A stretch of 64,000 nucleotides of DNA, from positions 19,930,115 through 19,994,114 of the forward strand of contig CM119263.1 of assembly GCA_051294375.1 (NCBI GenBank). The letters run 5' to 3'. The position numbers were made by a program, and so were the translations under genes. The notes below the pieces were generated by a model. The model did no database searches. It worked only from the letters and a program-made list of their open reading frames with translations, and was not told the DNA's origin. This document shows, piece after piece, positions 60,569 to 64,000 of the stretch (its first letter is position 1; each line of letters starts with the position of its first letter). This DNA is from Paraspadella gotoi. Its lineage: Eukaryota; Animalia; Chaetognatha.

Positions 60569-63500
60569 TCACTTAATAACTTGGTTGTCTTTAGCAAGCG
60601 CATTGAAAAGGGAGTGTGGATTGGTCAGGAGGATCGACGGGTGATCTTCTTCCATGATTTCACCTTCCTCCATTACGACCACTTTGTCGCAATCTAACAC
60701 ACCGTGAATTCGGTGATCGATGACGATGACTGTCCTTCCCCCCGCCTCTTTAAACACGAGATTTCGAATTCGAGCTTCGATGTCTTCGTCGACTGCAGCT
60801 GCCGCTTCGTCAAGGACAAGCAGCTTGGCGTCTCGTAACAGAGCTCGTGCTACGCAGATGAGTTGACGCTGCCCAACGGAGAGATTGACGCCCGACTCAC
60901 TGACCGCGTTGTCGAGGTCCAGGCCACCTTCGAGCAAAGTCCCCAAACCCACATCCGCCAGGAGCTCTCGGAGTCGATCGTCGTCCGCTCGTCTCAATGG
61001 ATCCAAGTTCCAGCGGAGGCTGCCGGCGAAGACTACGGAATCTTGTGGCACGACTGCGATCCTCGATCTCAAAACCCTCAACTCGACCTCCTCAACGTCG
61101 AGTCCGTCAATTTCTAGAAGACCCCTAGTTTTTTCTCCCAAACGCAACAGAGCCGCCACCAGGCTCGACTTTCCGGCGCCGGTTCGACCGACGACGCCGA
61201 TTCGAGCGCCAGCGTCGACACGAAGGTTAACGCGTTTCAACGCCGCCTCACGCTTTGCCCGATGACTGAAGCTAAAATTGCTAAAAACCACCTCTCCGCC
61301 CGCTGTCCAATTCCCGTCTGAGATTCCAGCGACGGCATCAGTCGCTTCTGCCGGAAGATGACGAAACTGCAGCATTCTATCGACGGCCGTCAGGTCCGCC
61401 TCCAGCTGCGGCAAGACGCGTATAGTCTCCACGAGGACGTGGGCCACGCTCATGGCGTAGCCGACAGTGAGAGCGGCATCACCAGGTGACGCAGAGGCGT
61501 CGAAGCAGACGTCGAGACTGGCGAACAAGACGGGGAGAGCCGACAGAAATTCGAAGACGAGGCCAATCCACTTGTCGGCCGTTGAGGAGAGAAAGGAGGC
61601 GGCAAAATGCGTCTCCGCGCGAACGATCATTTCGTTGAGAAATTCCCGTCGTCGATCGAAGACGCGGATCTCCGGCAGACCCCGCAGCGTCTCGTCAAAA
61701 TGGGAGAGGATCGGAGAACGAGTCGCGGCTTCGAGGCGTCGCAGGCCGCGGGATGCCGGCGCGTGAAAGCGTCGGACGAGGAAGAGAAAAAGGAGGAGAG
61801 GAAAGAGAAATAAGCAAAATAAAGGGGAAACGTTAAAAATGAGGAGGAAGAAAACTGCGACTATGTGAAATAGGGTCTGATACAAAGTAGACAGGTTCTC
61901 CGGAACCTTTTCGTCGACTATCTCTACGTCCGTGGATATCCTGGTCAATACCCTTCCCGTTGGCGTCGAGTCGAAAAAACTCAATTTCATCCTGGCCAAG
62001 AGCTCCGTCATTTCGTCGTGAATCTGACGAGATGCGCGAATCGATCCCAGAATATGACAAGTGAAAGCGACGATCAAGCATGTAGCGGAGCAGATGGCCA
62101 AACGTGTATAATGTGTCAGGATGTAAATATCCCGAGATGTTTCCACGGGACGGTTCGATCCTTTGGCAGTTTCTGCCGATAGTCGAGTGTTCGCGACGAA
62201 TTCAAGCCATCGAAAGCCAGCAAAGGCTAGAAACTGAAAAGCCGTATTGGTCCAACCAAAATATCCTAAGTAGTTGATATAAGTTCTTATTGACGTTTGG
62301 TAGAAACTAAGTCCTTCGTCAAAGGCTTTATTATTTTTTCGATAATTTTCATGGTCTTTGAGAGTGGTTTCATTGGCATCATCCCATTCTTTCTTGTTAA
62401 TCGAATCCAATGGCAACAATGTATCTTTTCCGAACAGATCATCATAACTTCCAGTGTTTTTTACCACTCCTCCTTCAAGACGAACGATTTTGTCCAACTT
62501 TGATAGAAACCGCGTCGAACTGGTCGCCAACACCCGGCACTTTTTTCCCAGTAGCCCCTTGTCTGAGAGCACCGCTTCAAACACCCATTTGGTCACGGTA
62601 GCGTCCAAGGCCGCCAATGGCTCATCGAGTAAATAGACATCATGGTTCGCATAGACAGCACGAGCAAGGGCCAACCTTGACTTTTGGCCGCCGGAAAGAG
62701 CGGCGCCACCAACTCCGATTTCCGTCTGATCTCCCTCCGGAAATGAGAGGAAATCTCGATTCAATGCGCAGGCTTCGACGACGGCGTCGTAATAGGCCTT
62801 GCGATAAGGAAACCCAAAGAGAATATTTTCTTTGATAGACGCGTTTTGAATCCACGGGGTTTGAGAGACGAGCGCGATTCGACCGACCATCGTCGCGAGG
62901 CCATTAACTATTAACAATTGCCCCGCGAGCGCCGCTAGTAACGTGGATTTTCCGGCGCCTACCTCACCGAAGATGGCGATCGATTCCCCTAAAGTTCCAT
63001 GCAGGTCGATGGAGTAAAGACAAATTGCGCTTCCTTGACGTCGGGCGAAAGAGGCGTTGATCAACGTGATGACTTTTTGGTTGTACTCTTTTCCGCGCGA
63101 TGAATTTGAAATCACTCGCCGTCGGTCTGTCGACAAAATGTCATGAAAGTCCGCAGACTCGACGTTGTCGCGAACCTCATCTTCCTCGACGTCATCGTCG
63201 TCGTTCAGATAATCGTCCATCTTTTGACCAGCCACGTACGATTGAGTGACAATCGAAATTGAATAAGGCAGAGTCCAGAGCGCAAACTTGACGCTGTTCA
63301 GCAGCGCCAACGCGACGAATGCTCTTTCCGGCTTCAAGGTCGTGCCAGAAATGGATTCCGCTGATGAAGTGGCGAAGGCCAAGGCGCCAATCAATATAGG
63401 TGCGGCATTAAACAGAAAATGACCAAAACTCTGCCACCGCATTTGAGCTGCGACAACACTTAACTCATTTCGACGCAACTTCTTGACTTTTTCCACAAAT

Positions 63501-64000
63501 GGGGCCTCCCACGTGTTGATTTTTATGGTTTTAGCGCCATCTAACATTTCTTTGAGAGCCCTCGTCCGCGCGTTCTTTAACGCTGAGACTTCGTGGCGCA
63601 TTTTCTTCCAACGCGTTCCGACGAAAGTGTTGACAGGAATCAATGCCGCCAGACATACAACACCAGCCGCGGCGCCGGCGTCTCCGATTTGCGTCCGAAG
63701 AAGATAAGCCGCGACGAGGAGGTGAAAAGGGATGAGGATTCCCGCGACGAAAAAAGGAACACCGTCAGCGAACTTTCGCGCGTCTAAAGCGACGAGATTC
63801 AAGATGGCCGCGTTGGAAGTTTTCGAGGCGTCCACGAGTCTTGTGCGAAGAGAGCGAAGATACAGGGCGACTACCGCGGTGGTTTGTGCGGCCAATCCTA
63901 CAGCATTTCCTTGCCACCAGAAAAAGCAGTGAATAAGCGGATGACAAATAAAGAGAGAAACGAGGAGAAGCGCGTAAAGGAGTTGTGGCCTTGCGTCGGT
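60569..64000 (-). CDS. ABCC/MRP-family ABC transporter, intronless in window, 5' end beyond window
   Basis: TMD-NBD-TMD-NBD; GEVGAGKST, LSGGQKSRLALARA, FFDSTPTGR, GRTGAGKSS, LSVGQRQL; frame open up to base 64000. Confidence 0.95.
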   Translation of the reverse strand, partial: TDARPQLLYALLLVSLFICHPLIHCFFWWQGNAVGLAAQTTAVVALYLRSLRTRLVDASKTSNAAILNLVALDARKFADGVPFFVAGILIPFHLLVAAYLLRTQIGDAGAAAGVVCLAALIPVNTFVGTRWKKMRHEVSALKNARTRALKEMLDGAKTIKINTWEAPFVEKVKKLRRNELSVVAAQMRWQSFGHFLFNAAPILIGALAFATSSAESISGTTLKPERAFVALALLNSVKFALWTLPYSISIVTQSYVAGQKMDDYLNDDDDVEEDEVRDNVESADFHDILSTDRRRVISNSSRGKEYNQKVITLINASFARRQGSAICLYSIDLHGTLGESIAIFGEVGAGKSTLLAALAGQLLIVNGLATMVGRIALVSQTPWIQNASIKENILFGFPYRKAYYDAVVEACALNRDFLSFPEGDQTEIGVGGAALSGGQKSRLALARAVYANHDVYLLDEPLAALDATVTKWVFEAVLSDKGLLGKKCRVLATSSTRFLSKLDKIVRLEGGVVKNTGSYDDLFGKDTLLPLDSINKKEWDDANETTLKDHENYRKNNKAFDEGLSFYQTSIRTYINYLGYFGWTNTAFQFLAFAGFRWLEFVANTRLSAETAKGSNRPVETSRDIYILTHYTRLAICSATCLIVAFTCHILGSIRASRQIHDEMTELLARMKLSFFDSTPTGRVLTRISTDVEIVDEKVPENLSTLYQTLFHIVAVFFLLIFNVSPLFCLFLFPLLLFLFLVRRFHAPASRGLRRLEAATRSPILSHFDETLRGLPEIRVFDRRREFLNEMIVRAETHFAASFLSSTADKWIGLVFEFLSALPVLFASLDVCFDASASPGDAALTVGYAMSVAHVLVETIRVLPQLEADLTAVDRMLQFRHLPAEATDAVAGISDGNWTAGGEVVFSNFSFSHRAKREAALKRVNLRVDAGARIGVVGRTGAGKSSLVAALLRLGEKTRGLLEIDGLDVEEVELRVLRSRIAVVPQDSVVFAGSLRWNLDPLRRADDDRLRELLADVGLGTLLEGGLDLDNAVSESGVNLSVGQRQLICVARALLRDAKLLVLDEAAAAVDEDIEARIRNLVFKEAGGRTVIVIDHRIHGVLDCDKVVVMEEGEIMEEDHPSILLTNPHSLFNALAKDNQVIK

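Overview
Eukaryotic DNA from a gene-dense, compact invertebrate-type animal genome with mostly short introns; the species cannot be named from this sequence. About 18 coding units lie in tandem on the + strand, mostly a few hundred bp apart: a partial C2H2 ORF, STRAP, DUS1L, CCDC61, XPO4, B9D1, a ZC3H14/Nab2-N-domain protein, SEC23, TRAPPC2L, profilin, a C2H2 factor, RPL11, FAM185A, an ELAV-like protein, NEMP, a cwf21/SR protein, an orphan ORF and a pancreatic-lipase-like gene. An intronless ABCC transporter on the - strand ends the window. Larger introns and spacers hold MITEs, DINE-1/Helentron-like elements and tRNA-derived SINEs. Most notable: (1) four loci (six motif copies) of minimal hammerhead-ribozyme-like motifs, two loci being long intronic palindromes where the sense motif is preceded by its own antisense copy; (2) three unexplained structured intronic RNAs, one H/ACA-like; (3) a Nab2/ZC3H14 N-domain joined to a piggyBac-type Cys-rich domain; (4) an operon-like layout. 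Gene models and folds were built by eye; no searches or folding programs were run. CDS spans include introns.
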